From contig JBBSCG010000002.1 of the NCBI GenBank assembly GCA_038250515.1, positions 4,825-68,824 of the forward strand: a stretch of DNA of 64,000 bases. Direction: 5' to 3'. A program made the translations under genes and the position numbers. This DNA is from Candidatus Limnocylindria bacterium. GTDB lineage: Bacteria; Chloroflexota; Limnocylindria; QHBO01. The notes under the pieces are model-generated. The model saw only the letters and a program-made list of their open reading frames with translations, had not been told where the DNA came from and searched no databases. Shown here piece after piece: positions 39,942 to 50,533 of the stretch. Numbering within the stretch: the stretch's first letter is position 1; every line of letters begins with the position of its first letter.

Positions 39942-41305
39942 TGTTCTCGAAGATCCTGATCGCGAATCGTGGCGAGATCGCGGTGCGCATCCTGCGCGCC
40001 TGCCACGACCTGGGCGTGCCCGCGGTGGTCGCCTACTCAGAAGCCGATCGCGAGACGCTGGCCGTGCGGATGGCGGACGAGGCGGTTTGCATCGGTCCGG
40101 CGGAGGCACGCAAGAGCTACCTGAACCAGCCGGCGGTCGTGTCGGCAGCGCTGATCACCGGCTGCGATGCGATCCACCCCGGCTACGGCTTCCTTTCGGA
40201 GGATGCCAGCTTCGCGGAGGTGTGCGCCGCCCATGAGCTGGTGTTCATCGGTCCGCGGGCGGAGGTGCTTGAGCGATTTGCCAGCAAGTACGCGGTGCGC
40301 CGCATGCTGGCCGCCAACGGGCTGCCGACCGTGCCGGGCAGTCGCGGGATCGTCAGCGACCTCAGCGACGCCCTGGCGCAGGCGAGCGATGCCGGCTACC
40401 CCGTTCTGCTCAAGCCGTCGACCGGTGGCGGCGGGCGCGGGATGCGGCTCGTGCGCTCCCCGCGCGAGATGGAGACTTCGCTGCCGCTGGCGCGCTCCGA
40501 GGCCCAGGCGGCCTTCGGCGACGATTCAATCTACTTCGAGAAGTGGGTGGAGGAGAGCCGCCACGTCGAGGTGCAGGTGCTGATCGACCGATTCGGCAAC
40601 GGCATCCAGCTTGGTGAGCGCGACTGCAGCGTACAGCGGCGGCACCAGAAGATCATTGAGGAGGGTCCCTCCCCGGCGATGGATGACGCGAGCCGCGAGA
40701 AGCTGCGCGACGTCGCCATCCGGGCCGTGCGTGCGGCGGGCTACGAGTCGGCGGGCACGCTCGAGTTCCTGCTCGACAGCGACGGAGACTTCTACTTCAT
40801 CGAGATCAATTGTCGCATCCAGGTCGAGCATCCGGTGACCGAGATGGTGACCGGCCTCGACCTCATCGTCGAGCAGATCCGCCTTGCGGCGGGCGAGAAG
40901 CTTTCGCTGCGCCAGGAGGACGTGCGGTTCCGGGGGCACGCCATCGAGTTCCGCATCAACGCCGAGGATCCCGCCGACAACTTCGCGCCGCAGACCGGCG
41001 TGATCGAGGAGCTGCTGCTTCCGGGCGGTCCCGGCGTGCGCGTGGATACCCACCTCTACCGCGGCTACGAGATTCCGCCGTTCTATGACTCGCTGCTCGC
41101 CAAGCTGGTGATCTGGGGCGAGGATCGGGCGCAGGCGGTCGCTCGTGCGCGCCGCGCGCTCGCCGAGTTCGAGATCTCCGGTGTCCAGACCAACATCCCG
41201 TTCCATCGCGGGATCATCGAGAATGCCGCTTTCCTGGACGCGGAGGTGAGCACCAATCTGCTCGACCGCGTCGGTCCAGGCGCCTTCGTGGCCGGCGGCA
41301 CCTGA
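39941..41305 (+). CDS. accC: acetyl-CoA carboxylase biotin carboxylase subunit
   Basis: [23 protein letters not shown]-grasp motifs, [14 protein letters not shown]. Confidence 0.95.
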   Translation: MFSKILIANRGEIAVRILRACHDLGVPAVVAYSEADRETLAVRMADEAVCIGPAEARKSYLNQPAVVSAALITGCDAIHPGYGFLSEDASFAEVCAAHELVFIGPRAEVLERFASKYAVRRMLAANGLPTVPGSRGIVSDLSDALAQASDAGYPVLLKPSTGGGGRGMRLVRSPREMETSLPLARSEAQAAFGDDSIYFEKWVEESRHVEVQVLIDRFGNGIQLGERDCSVQRRHQKIIEEGPSPAMDDASREKLRDVAIRAVRAAGYESAGTLEFLLDSDGDFYFIEINCRIQVEHPVTEMVTGLDLIVEQIRLAAGEKLSLRQEDVRFRGHAIEFRINAEDPADNFAPQTGVIEELLLPGGPGVRVDTHLYRGYEIPPFYDSLLAKLVIWGEDRAQAVARARRALAEFEISGVQTNIPFHRGIIENAAFLDAEVSTNLLDRVGPGAFVAGGT

Positions 41306-41309
41306 GCAC

Positions 41310-41843
41310 ATGGAGACTGACCGAACCAGACCGATGACGACCGATACCGAGAGCCACACGGCCGCCGAGACGCTGCCGCCGATGCCCTGGCAGGCCGCCG
41401 AGATCATGCGGGTCATTCCGCATCGGTATCCGTTCCTGCTCATCGACCGCGTGCTGGAGCTCGAGCCCGGAAAGCGGGTGGTGGCGCTGAAGAACGTCAG
41501 CGCCAACGAGCCGCAATTCACCGGTCACTTCCCCGAGCGGCCGATCATGCCCGGCGTGCTGATGGTTGAGGCGCTCGCTCAGGCCGGTGCCGTCGCGGTA
41601 CTGTCGTTGCCCGAGAACCGCGGCAAGCTGGCGCTCTTTGCTGCCATCGACGATTGCCGCTTCCGGCGCACCGTGCTGCCGGGCGACACCCTGCGCCTGG
41701 AGATCAGCGTCGAGAAGCTGCAGCGCATGTTCGGGCGCGCCCGCGCGGTGGCGTCGGTCGACGGCGAAGTGGCGGTCGAGGCGACGCTCTCGTTCATCAT
41801 TCCGCGCGACCAGTCGATCGGCGGAGGCCACAGCGATGCGTGA
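41310..41843 (+). CDS. fabZ: 3-hydroxyacyl-ACP dehydratase
   Basis: [35 protein letters not shown]. Confidence 0.92.
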   Translation: METDRTRPMTTDTESHTAAETLPPMPWQAAEIMRVIPHRYPFLLIDRVLELEPGKRVVALKNVSANEPQFTGHFPERPIMPGVLMVEALAQAGAVAVLSLPENRGKLALFAAIDDCRFRRTVLPGDTLRLEISVEKLQRMFGRARAVASVDGEVAVEATLSFIIPRDQSIGGGHSDA

Positions 41844-43098
41844 CGGCGAGCGCCGTGTGGTGATCACCGGCATGGGCGCCCTAACGCCGCTCGGCAACGA
41901 CGTGGCGACCTTGTGGGACGGCCTCATCAACGGACGCAGCGGCATCACCCGCATCACCTCGTTCGATCCGAGCCGCGTGGCGAGCAAGGTAGCCGGCGAG
42001 GTCCATGACTTTGACGCGGCGGCCGTCATGGACCGCAAGGAGGTGCGCCGCAACGACCGCTACGTGCATCTCGCCTGGGCCGCCACGGTCGAGGCGATGC
42101 GCGACGCGGGGCTGCCCAATCCGATCGAGGACGAGGCGCTGGCCGAGCGGACCGGCGCGATCATCGGCACCGGGATCGGCGGCATCAACACCCTGATCCG
42201 TGACGTCATCGAGGCCCACGAGCTGGGGCCGGAGCGGGTGGGTCCGTTCCTGGTCACCGCCATGATTCCCGATATGGGTCCCGGCTTCGTGGCGATCCAG
42301 GCGCAGGCACGCGGCCCGAACTATGCGACGATCAGCGCCTGCAGCAGCTCGAACCACGCCATCGGCGGCGCGCTGCAGATCATCCGCCGCGGCGATGCGG
42401 ACGTCATGATCGCCGGTGGTGCGGAAGCGGGAATTGGCGAGATCCCGGTGGCCGCCTTCTCCGCCATGCGCGCCCTCTCCACGAAGCGCAATGACGATCC
42501 GCAGAAGGCATCGCGGCCGTTCGACGCGGAGCGCGACGGGTTCGTGATTGCCGACGGTGCTGGCATCCTGGTGCTCGAGGCGCTCGAGCACGCGCAGGCG
42601 CGCGGCGCGGCCATTCACGCCGAGTTGGTGGGCTACGCCGCGACCGATGATGCGTCGCACATCACGCTTCCGGCTCCCGGTGGTCGTGGCGCAGCGGGGA
42701 GCATGCGGCTCGCCATGGCCGACGCGGGCCTCGGCGCCGACCAGGTCGACTATATCAACGCCCACGGCACCAGCACGCCGCCGAATGATCGATCCGAGAC
42801 GGCCGCCATCAAGACCGTGTTCGGTGAGCACGCCTACAGCGTTCCGATCTCGAGCACCAAGTCGATGACCGGCCACCTGATGGGAGCCGGCGGCGGCGTC
42901 GAGGCGATCGCCTGCGTGCGTGCCCTCCAGGAGGGAATCATCCCGCCGACGATCAATTACGAATTCCCCGATCCCGACTGCGACCTTGACTACGTGCCGA
43001 ACGAAGCGCGCCGGGTCGCCATCGGCACCGCCATGAGCAACTCCTTCGGCTTCGGCGGGCACAACGCCACGATCATCTTTCGGCGGTGGGAGGGGTGA
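41836..43098 (+). CDS. fabF: 3-oxoacyl-ACP synthase II
   Basis: [15 protein letters not shown], active-site [23 protein letters not shown]. Confidence 0.93.
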   Translation: MRDGERRVVITGMGALTPLGNDVATLWDGLINGRSGITRITSFDPSRVASKVAGEVHDFDAAAVMDRKEVRRNDRYVHLAWAATVEAMRDAGLPNPIEDEALAERTGAIIGTGIGGINTLIRDVIEAHELGPERVGPFLVTAMIPDMGPGFVAIQAQARGPNYATISACSSSNHAIGGALQIIRRGDADVMIAGGAEAGIGEIPVAAFSAMRALSTKRNDDPQKASRPFDAERDGFVIADGAGILVLEALEHAQARGAAIHAELVGYAATDDASHITLPAPGGRGAAGSMRLAMADAGLGADQVDYINAHGTSTPPNDRSETAAIKTVFGEHAYSVPISSTKSMTGHLMGAGGGVEAIACVRALQEGIIPPTINYEFPDPDCDLDYVPNEARRVAIGTAMSNSFGFGGHNATIIFRRWEG

Positions 43099-43556
43099 GC
43101 GAGCGCGACCCGGCGCTCGAGGCTGTCGACCTGCTGATTCCGGCCTTCGAGGCGAGCGGCCTCGAAGAGCTGGAGGTGAGCGCCGGTGAGCTCCTCGTGC
43201 GCCTGGGGCGAACCCGTGTGCTCGCGCAGGCGGCTCCGTCCACCGCGGCCGCGGCACCACTTTCAACATCTGCTGCCTCCGGACCTGTCACCCCTTACGG
43301 CGAGCCGTCGCCCGGGATGCGCTTCGTCTCGGCGCCGCTGACGGGGATCTGGTACTCGTCGCCGTCCCCGGGTGCCCGGCCGTACCTGCAGAACGGCGAT
43401 GAGGTGTCGAACGGCCAGGTCGTGGGCCTCATCGAAGCAATGAAGCTGTTCAACGAGATCAAGTCGGACGTAGGCGGCAAGGTGATCCGCATTCTCGTCG
43501 AGAGCGGCACGCTGGTGAAGCGCCAGCAGCCTCTCCTCGAGGTGGATCCGAGCTGA
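43095..43556 (+). CDS. accB: acetyl-CoA carboxylase biotin carboxyl carrier protein
   Basis: Canonical GLIEAMKLFNEI biotinylation motif. GTG start behind GGGAGGGG, overlapping the fabF stop. Confidence 0.87.
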   Translation: MSERDPALEAVDLLIPAFEASGLEELEVSAGELLVRLGRTRVLAQAAPSTAAAAPLSTSAASGPVTPYGEPSPGMRFVSAPLTGIWYSSPSPGARPYLQNGDEVSNGQVVGLIEAMKLFNEIKSDVGGKVIRILVESGTLVKRQQPLLEVDPS

Positions 43557-43588
43557 CGCGCGTTACCACCGGAAAAGGAGACAACGAG

Positions 43589-44659
43589 ATGGCGCCGAAC
43601 GCGGTGATCAGCGGGTGGGGGATGTACGCGCCGCAGCGCGTGATGACGAACGACGATCTCGCCAAGATGGTCGATACCAACGACGAATGGATCGTGTCGC
43701 GCACCGGCATCCATGAGCGACGCATCGCGGCCGACGACGAGACGACGACGACGCTGGCGGTCAATGCCTCGCGCGATGCCCTGGCGGTCGCGGGCGTCGA
43801 CCCGCTCGACGTGGATCTGGTCATCGTCGGCACCTGCTCACCCGACTACCCGTTGCCGGCGACCGGCGTGCTCGTTGCCCGCGACCTGGGGGCGACGCGT
43901 GCCGCCGGCTTCGACCTGCAGGCGGCCTGCTCCGGCTTCCTGTTCGCGCTGGCAACCGGCTCGAGCTTCATTCGCAGCGGCATGTACCGCAACGTGCTGG
44001 TCATCGGTGTCGAGGTGCTGAGCCGATTCATCGACTGGACCGACCGCGGGACCTGCGTGCTGTTCGGCGACGGCGCCGGAGCGGTGCTCCTCTCGGCGAG
44101 CGACGCGCCCGGCGGGCTGCTGGGCATCGACATGTTCAGCGACGGGACCGGCGCGGAGGGAATCATCGTCCCGGCCGGTGGGTCCGCCTGTCCGGCCTCG
44201 CCGGAGACGACCGCCGGCAACGGGCACTTCATTCATATGGCGGGCGCCGACGTGTATCGCTACGCCACCCGGCAGATGGCCGAGTCGACCCTGGCCGCAC
44301 TGCGCGACGCCGGGATGGGCGTCGGCGACATCGACCAGTTCATCTACCACCAGGCCAACCTGCGCATCATCAACAGCGTCGGCAAGCAGCTCGGCATTCC
44401 GGTGGAGAAGGTCTTCGTCAATATCGAGAAGTACGGCAACACCTCGGCGGCATCGGTGCCGATGGCATTGGTGGAGGCGGTCGCCGGCGGTCGGGTCAAG
44501 CCGGGCGACCGGCTGCTGATGGCCGCCTTTGGATCCGGCTACACCGCCGGGGCAGCCGTCGTCGAATGGACGGCCGATCCCGCACGTGCCTTCCTGGCCC
44601 CCGGCGAGCAGACGCGACTGGGCAAGCCGCAGACCCAGCCCGCCACGGCGGTCGCATAG
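43589..44659 (+). CDS. fabH: 3-oxoacyl-ACP synthase III
   Basis: AACSGF active-site Cys, HQANLRII, GNTSAAS. Confidence 0.92.
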   Translation: MAPNAVISGWGMYAPQRVMTNDDLAKMVDTNDEWIVSRTGIHERRIAADDETTTTLAVNASRDALAVAGVDPLDVDLVIVGTCSPDYPLPATGVLVARDLGATRAAGFDLQAACSGFLFALATGSSFIRSGMYRNVLVIGVEVLSRFIDWTDRGTCVLFGDGAGAVLLSASDAPGGLLGIDMFSDGTGAEGIIVPAGGSACPASPETTAGNGHFIHMAGADVYRYATRQMAESTLAALRDAGMGVGDIDQFIYHQANLRIINSVGKQLGIPVEKVFVNIEKYGNTSAASVPMALVEAVAGGRVKPGDRLLMAAFGSGYTAGAAVVEWTADPARAFLAPGEQTRLGKPQTQPATAVA

Positions 44660-44672
44660 TCACGGAGGATCG

Positions 44673-45424
<752 letters not shown>

Positions 45425-45428
<4 letters not shown>

Positions 45429-45925
45429 CCCAGGACCTCGCCGCGTTCTACGCCTCCCTGCCGAAGAAACGCGTTGGCGCCGGCGCGCTCTTCTTCGATA
45501 TGGCCGGCCGGTTTCTCCTCGTCCGGCCCACCTACAAGCCGACATGGGAGATTCCCGGCGGTTCGGTCGAGGCCGATGAGTCGCCGCTGGCCGCCGTCGG
45601 CCGCGAGGTCGAGGAGGAGCTTGGTCTCGTCGTGCCGATCGGCCGCCTACTGTCGATCGATTGGATCAACCGCGGCCCGCCGCGCAACGAGGGGCTGATG
45701 TTCCTGTTCGACGGCGGCATGATTGATGAGGACACGATCGCCCGCATTCAGCTGCCTGCCGACGAGCTTTCGGAATTCCGCTTCGTGGACCTCACTGAAG
45801 TTGCCGCGCTGTCCTCGCCGCACATGCATCGGCGCCTTGCGGCAACCCTTGAAGCCCGCCAAACCGAAACGGCGGTCTATCTGGAGCAAGGGCGCGTGCC
45901 CGTGCTCGCCCGCTCGGGCGGATGA
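45425..45925 (+). CDS. NUDIX hydrolase
   Basis: Nudix box GGSVEADESPLAAVGREVEEELG. The GTG start overlaps the fabG stop. Confidence 0.82.
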
Positions 45926-46232
45926 CAAATGCTCACCGCAACGAGCCTTACGTCGGTGAGAGACGGTGAAAAGCGTCCCAGAAGCCTCGCAAGCGTGCCT
46001 TACAGGATGCGTGGTGCGCGTTGGTCATGGTTCGTCGCGGCTTCGCTCACGTAACGCTCACCACGCGCACAAATGTCATGCGAGCATCCGCCACCGGGGC
46101 GCGATTGCAGGTTGAATCCCAGCCAGTGCCACCGCCGCCCGACCGCTTGGTCGCCACGCGAGCCCCGGCAGGCCACTTGCTGCACAATGAGTGACAACCC
46201 AATGCATCGCTAGACGAACGAAGGAGACCTGC

Positions 46233-46664
46233 ATGCTGACGCTGCGCTCAATTCTGCGTCCGACCCGTGTGGTCGACGCTCACTGCGACATCCCCTGTGG
46301 CGTGTACGACCCGGCCCAGGCGCGCATCGAGGCGGAGTCCTGCTACAAGATCATCGAGAAGTACAACGCCAGCAACGACGACGTCTTCCGAACTCGCTGC
46401 ATCCACGTCAAGGAAGAGCGCGCTGAGCTTGCGAAGCACCATATCGACGTGCTGTGGAGCGACTACTTCAAGCCGGAGCACCTCGAGAAGTTCCCGGATC
46501 TGCACGAGACCTGCTGGCAGGCCGCCAAGCAGGCGGCCGAGGTGAAGCATACGGTCAACCTCGATGACGCCAAGAAGCTGCTGGACCTGATCGACAAGAT
46601 CGACTCGATGTGGAAGGCAACCGGCGGACCCGAGAAGACGCGCATGCAGGCGCAGACCGCCTAG
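46233..46664 (+). CDS. sodN: nickel superoxide dismutase precursor
   Basis: A 14-aa leader followed by HCDIPCGVYDP (the Ni-hook). AAGGAG 7 nt upstream of the ATG. Confidence 0.93.
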   Translation: MLTLRSILRPTRVVDAHCDIPCGVYDPAQARIEAESCYKIIEKYNASNDDVFRTRCIHVKEERAELAKHHIDVLWSDYFKPEHLEKFPDLHETCWQAAKQAAEVKHTVNLDDAKKLLDLIDKIDSMWKATGGPEKTRMQAQTA

Positions 46665-46668
46665 ACCG

Positions 46669-47154
46669 ATGCGCATGAAGAGGGGTCGCTTCCGGCCCCT
46701 CTTTCTCGTTCTTGGAGTGGGAGCGGCTCTCGCGGTGGTTGCTTCTCGCTGGACCGATGCGGTCGCCGTCCGCGGCTCATCGATGGCGCCGACGCTCCAG
46801 CCCGGCGATCAGCTCCTCGTTGAGCGCCTGACCTTTCGTTGGCGCTCGCCACGTTTGGGCGAGGTGGTCTTGGTCCGTGATCCACGCCAGCCGTCGCGCG
46901 AGCTGATCAAGCGGGTGTGGGCCATTGGCGACGCGGGCGTGGAACTGCGCGGCGATGGCATCGCGAGCACCGACTCGCGCGCGTTCGGCAGTCTGCCGTT
47001 CGACACCGTCGCCTGGCGCGTGGCGTTTCGCTATTGGCCACTCTCGCGCTTTGGGCCGGTGGGAGCGGCGTCTGTGCCAGCCGAGCCGCTCGGCGGCGAG
47101 CCCGCATGCAGCACCTTCGGCGATCTGGTGGTCGCCTCCAACCGTCGCCGCTGA
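46669..47154 (+). CDS. sodX: Ni-SOD maturation protease (S26 signal-peptidase family)
   Basis: GSSMAPTL catalytic-Ser motif, RELIKRV, and position after sodN. Confidence 0.85.
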   Translation: MRMKRGRFRPLFLVLGVGAALAVVASRWTDAVAVRGSSMAPTLQPGDQLLVERLTFRWRSPRLGEVVLVRDPRQPSRELIKRVWAIGDAGVELRGDGIASTDSRAFGSLPFDTVAWRVAFRYWPLSRFGPVGAASVPAEPLGGEPACSTFGDLVVASNRRR

Positions 47155-47174
47155 CGTTTCGTGGTCCGATGCCC

Positions 47175-47543
47175 CTAGCTGCAGCCGCACAGCACGGCCA
47201 CCGCGTCGACACAGCTCTCGCGCGGGGCCGGCAGCAGCTCGACATCCGCGCCCGCTTCGGCGGCGACCAGGTACTCCACGCCGGCGGTCGGTCGCACGGC
47301 GATGCGCGCATCGGGTGAGCGATGCCGCAGGAAGCCGACCACCGGGCCAAGCCCGGCGTCGCCGTACTCCTCGCGGATCGCGCCGGTGTCGATGACCGCA
47401 AGCTCCGGCGGCCGCAGAACGACCGCCTGGTGCAGGCGCGCCGCATCGTTGTAGAAGAAGACGAGCGCGCCGAGCAGCCGGTCGTCGAGCGCGGCGGCCA
47501 GCTCGTGGTCGCGCGTGAGGCAGTAGACGATCGTCTCGGGCAT
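47175..47543 (-). CDS. hypothetical 122-aa protein (receiver-like fold suspected, C-terminal CGCS)
   Basis: This is the only part of the 647-aa track ORF that does not lie antisense to a recognisable gene. It starts at MPETIVYC. No motif recognised. Confidence 0.35.
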   Translation of the reverse strand: MPETIVYCLTRDHELAAALDDRLLGALVFFYNDAARLHQAVVLRPPELAVIDTGAIREEYGDAGLGPVVGFLRHRSPDARIAVRPTAGVEYLVAAEAGADVELLPAPRESCVDAVAVLCGCS

Positions 47544-47597
47544 CTGCTCAGAGCGTAGCATCGGCCGAGGCGAAGTCGACGGTACAATGACCAGCCC

Positions 47598-48557
47598 ATG
47601 AGCTCCACGACACCCGTTCGACGCGAGGACTCGCGCTACCTGACCGGCCGGCACCAGGCCCTCGGCAGCCTGCTCGGCCGCGTATGGGCCGTCGACCAGG
47701 TCGGCGTCGAGGAGCGGGCCGCCAGCCTCGCCAAGCGCAGCATCAAGCGCGAGTCGAAGCTCTGGGCGCTCGACATGGTCATCCGCATGACCGATCTGAC
47801 GACCCTCGAGGGTAAGGACACGCCCGGCAAGATCCGCGCGCTGGCCGGCAAGGCACGACGCCCGGACCCAACCGATCCGTCCATCCCCAGCGTCGCCGCG
47901 CTGTGCGTCTACCCCAACATGATTACCGCGGCCCGCGAGGCGCTGAAGGGATCGACGGTCAAGATTGCCAGCGTGGCCACCTACTTCCCCAGCGGCCAGG
48001 CGCCGCTCGACGTCAAGCTCAACGACGTTCGTGATGCGGTGGCCATGGGTGCTGACGAGATCGACATGGTGATCGACCGCGGCGCCTTCCTCGCCGGCGA
48101 ATACGGCAGGGTCTACGACGAGATTACCGCGGTGAAGGAGGCCTGCGGCGAGGCGCACCTCAAGGTCATCCTTGAGACCGGCGAGCTCGAGACCTACGAC
48201 AACGTGCGCCGCGCCTCGGTCCTGGCCATGGCTGCCGGAGCTGACTTCATCAAGACCTCCACCGGCAAGGTGACGCCCGCCGCGACGCTGCCGGTGACGC
48301 TGGTCATGCTCGAGGCGATCCGCGACTTCTACGCGCAAACCGGTCGTGCCGTTGGCATGAAGCCGGCCGGCGGCATTCGCACCGCCAAAGAGTCGATCGC
48401 CTACCTGACCATGCTGTACGAGACGCTCGGGCCTGACTGGATGTCGCCGGATCGGTTCCGCTTCGGTGCCTCGTCGCTGCTCAATGACGTGCTCATGCAG
48501 ATCCGCAAGGAGCGCACGGGCCGCTACAGCGGCAGCGACTATTTCACCCTCGATTAG
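47598..48557 (+). CDS. deoC: deoxyribose-phosphate aldolase (long form)
   Basis: MTDLTTLEG, ADEIDMVI, and the Schiff-base region FIKTSTGK. Confidence 0.87.
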   Translation: MSSTTPVRREDSRYLTGRHQALGSLLGRVWAVDQVGVEERAASLAKRSIKRESKLWALDMVIRMTDLTTLEGKDTPGKIRALAGKARRPDPTDPSIPSVAALCVYPNMITAAREALKGSTVKIASVATYFPSGQAPLDVKLNDVRDAVAMGADEIDMVIDRGAFLAGEYGRVYDEITAVKEACGEAHLKVILETGELETYDNVRRASVLAMAAGADFIKTSTGKVTPAATLPVTLVMLEAIRDFYAQTGRAVGMKPAGGIRTAKESIAYLTMLYETLGPDWMSPDRFRFGASSLLNDVLMQIRKERTGRYSGSDYFTLD

Positions 48558-48561
48558 ACCG

Positions 48562-49242
48562 ATGCAGGCCGCGCCACGCACCATCGCCGTTTGGTCGGAC
48601 ATCGGCTGTCCGTGGGCGCACGCCGCCGTGTGGCGCCTCCACGACGCCCGCCGACGCCTTGACCTGACCGATGTCGTCCACTTCGAGCACCGGGTCTTTC
48701 CGCTGGAGCTGTTCAACTCGCGGCCGACGCCGCGCCAGGAGCTCGACGCCGAATGGCCGGTCATCGCCGCGCTTGCGCCGCGTGCCGGGTGGCGTGCCTG
48801 GTCCGGCCCGGCCGACGCCTGGCCGGTGACCATGCTGCCGCCGATGGAGGCGGTGCAGGCCGCTCGCGAGCAGTCGGTCGCGGCCGCCGAGGAACTCGAC
48901 CGCGGACTGCGGCGCGCGTTTTGGGGGGAGAGCCGCTGCATCAGCCTGCGGCACGTGATTCTGGAGGTCGCCAACGAATGCGAATCGGTCGACGTGGCGG
49001 CGCTGGCCGAGGCTTTGGACAGCGGTCGCGCGCGGCAGCGCATCTTCGACGATTGGGAGATCGCCAGGGGAGACGAGGTCAGCGGCTCGCCGCACCTGTT
49101 CCTGCCGGATGGCCACAACGTCCCGAATCCCGGCGTCGAGATGCGTTGGGAGGGCGACGACGGGCAGGGCGGCGGCTTCCCGGTGATTGTTGTTGACGAT
49201 CCAACGGTCTACGACGACCTGCTGCGCCGCGCCGCACGCTGA
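48562..49242 (+). CDS. DsbA-like thioredoxin-fold protein (FrnE/HCCA-isomerase-like)
   Basis: IAVWSDIGCPWAH (CPxA active-site-like) and the SGSPHLFL motif. Confidence 0.72.
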   Translation: MQAAPRTIAVWSDIGCPWAHAAVWRLHDARRRLDLTDVVHFEHRVFPLELFNSRPTPRQELDAEWPVIAALAPRAGWRAWSGPADAWPVTMLPPMEAVQAAREQSVAAAEELDRGLRRAFWGESRCISLRHVILEVANECESVDVAALAEALDSGRARQRIFDDWEIARGDEVSGSPHLFLPDGHNVPNPGVEMRWEGDDGQGGGFPVIVVDDPTVYDDLLRRAAR

Positions 49243-49292
49243 GAGCAGTGCACTGGCTTGACGGCTCACGAATCCCCGCATCTCAGCGTTGA

Positions 49293-49763
49293 ATGTCCGT
49301 GCACCTGCCGCCCTTTCAGCACCTGATCAACGAGCACGCCGCGGAGCTGCATCGGTTCCTGACGGCGTGCGTCGGCTCGACCGACGCAGATGACTGCCTG
49401 CAGGAGACGCTGCTGGCCGCATTGCGCGCCTATCCGGGACTGAGCCACGCCGACAACCTGCGAGGCTGGCTGTTCACCATCGCCCATCGCAAGGCAACCG
49501 ATACGGTGCGGCGACGCGTGAAGCATCGGGCGAGCGACCTCGAGGGCGTGGAGCCCGCCGTCGGCGCCCAACCGCTGCCCGATGACGAGCTGTGGAGCGC
49601 GGTGCGGTCGCTGCCGCTGAAGCAACGAGCAGCCGTGGTGCATCGGTATGTTTTCGACCTGGCCTATCGCGAGATCGGCGAGCGAATGGGCGTCAGCGAA
49701 CAAGCCGCGAGACAGAACGTGAGCGCCGGCCTGCGCCGTCTGCGCCTGGAGGTGAATCCATGA
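49293..49763 (+). CDS. ECF-type sigma factor
   Basis: Region 2 (LRGWLFTIAHRKATD) and region 4 (LAYREIGERMGVSEQAARQNVSAGLRRL). Confidence 0.82.
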   Translation: MSVHLPPFQHLINEHAAELHRFLTACVGSTDADDCLQETLLAALRAYPGLSHADNLRGWLFTIAHRKATDTVRRRVKHRASDLEGVEPAVGAQPLPDDELWSAVRSLPLKQRAAVVHRYVFDLAYREIGERMGVSEQAARQNVSAGLRRLRLEVNP

Positions 49764-50359
49764 ACGAGCTCGAGCATCGGCTTGGCGCTCGCCTCGAGAC
49801 CGATGCCTCCGCGGCCCTGGCGGCATTCCGGCGGCGTGCCCTGGAGCAGGGAATGCTCGACGTGGCGTATGCGGACCTCGACTCGCCGCTCGGTCCGTTG
49901 AGCATCTTCGTCACGCCACGCGGCCTGGTACGCGTCGCGTACAACGAGGCGAAGGACGAGCTGCAGGGTCTGGCCGATCGGCTTTCGCCTCGGATCCTCG
50001 CAGCCCCTGAGCGAACCGACGAGGTACGGCGCGAGCTGGAGGAGTATTTCGCCGGACGACGCCGCCAGTTCGATGTCGCGATCGACTGGTCGCTGGTGCG
50101 CGGCTTCGCTGGCGCCGTGCTGCAGGCGACCGCTCGCATTCCGTTCGGCGGCGTCTCGAGCTACCGGGAGGTCGCGGCCGAGGCCGGTTCGCCCAACGCT
50201 TATCGCGCTGCCGGCAATGCCCTGGGCTCGAACCCGGTCCCGATCGTGGTGCCATGCCATCGGGTGCTGCACGCCGGCGGGGGACTGGGCGGCTACACCG
50301 GCGGTGTCGACCGCAAGCGCTTCCTGCTACGCCTCGAGGGCGTCGTTGTCGACCGCTAG
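49760..50359 (+). CDS. ogt: methylated-DNA--protein-cysteine methyltransferase
   Basis: VPCHRV active site and YREVA...GNPNAxRAAG-type helix. The ATG overlaps the sigma gene stop (ATGA). Confidence 0.87.
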   Translation: MNELEHRLGARLETDASAALAAFRRRALEQGMLDVAYADLDSPLGPLSIFVTPRGLVRVAYNEAKDELQGLADRLSPRILAAPERTDEVRRELEEYFAGRRRQFDVAIDWSLVRGFAGAVLQATARIPFGGVSSYREVAAEAGSPNAYRAAGNALGSNPVPIVVPCHRVLHAGGGLGGYTGGVDRKRFLLRLEGVVVDR

Positions 50360-50533
50360 GCTGCCGCGAGAACGACGGCGACCAGCGCAAGCGCTGCCGG
50401 CAGCGCCTGAACGACGAGGATCCGTGGCGACACGGTGATCGCTCCATGGCGCGGCCGGGTCCGCTTCGAATGTCGCGATCGCATGGCCGCGGAGTTCGGG
50501 CGCGCGGCGACTGCGTGCGATAATCGAGCGGAT

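Noticed and set aside
38606-40006. 466-aa ORF on the minus strand, and similar long antisense ORFs (169-1389, 6801-7940, 26185-27423, 41881-43269, 60820-61965)
   Set aside because: All lie opposite genes with unambiguous family signatures and have Arg/Pro/Ala/Ser-rich low-complexity translations. These are high-GC shadow ORFs.
46000-46197. 65-aa minus-strand ORF and a GGTTGAATCC T-loop-like string upstream of sodN
   Set aside because: The ORF has no Shine-Dalgarno sequence or motif and lies in the sodN promoter region. The T-loop-like string lacks a complementary stem and acceptor arm, so no tRNA can be built.
47175-49118. 647-aa ORF on the minus strand
   Set aside because: Most of it is antisense to deoC and the DsbA-like gene, which have clear family motifs. 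The composition is Arg/Ala/Gly-rich, typical of GC-driven shadow ORFs. Only the last 122 aa (47175-47543) are not opposite a recognisable gene, and these are kept as a low-confidence CDS.
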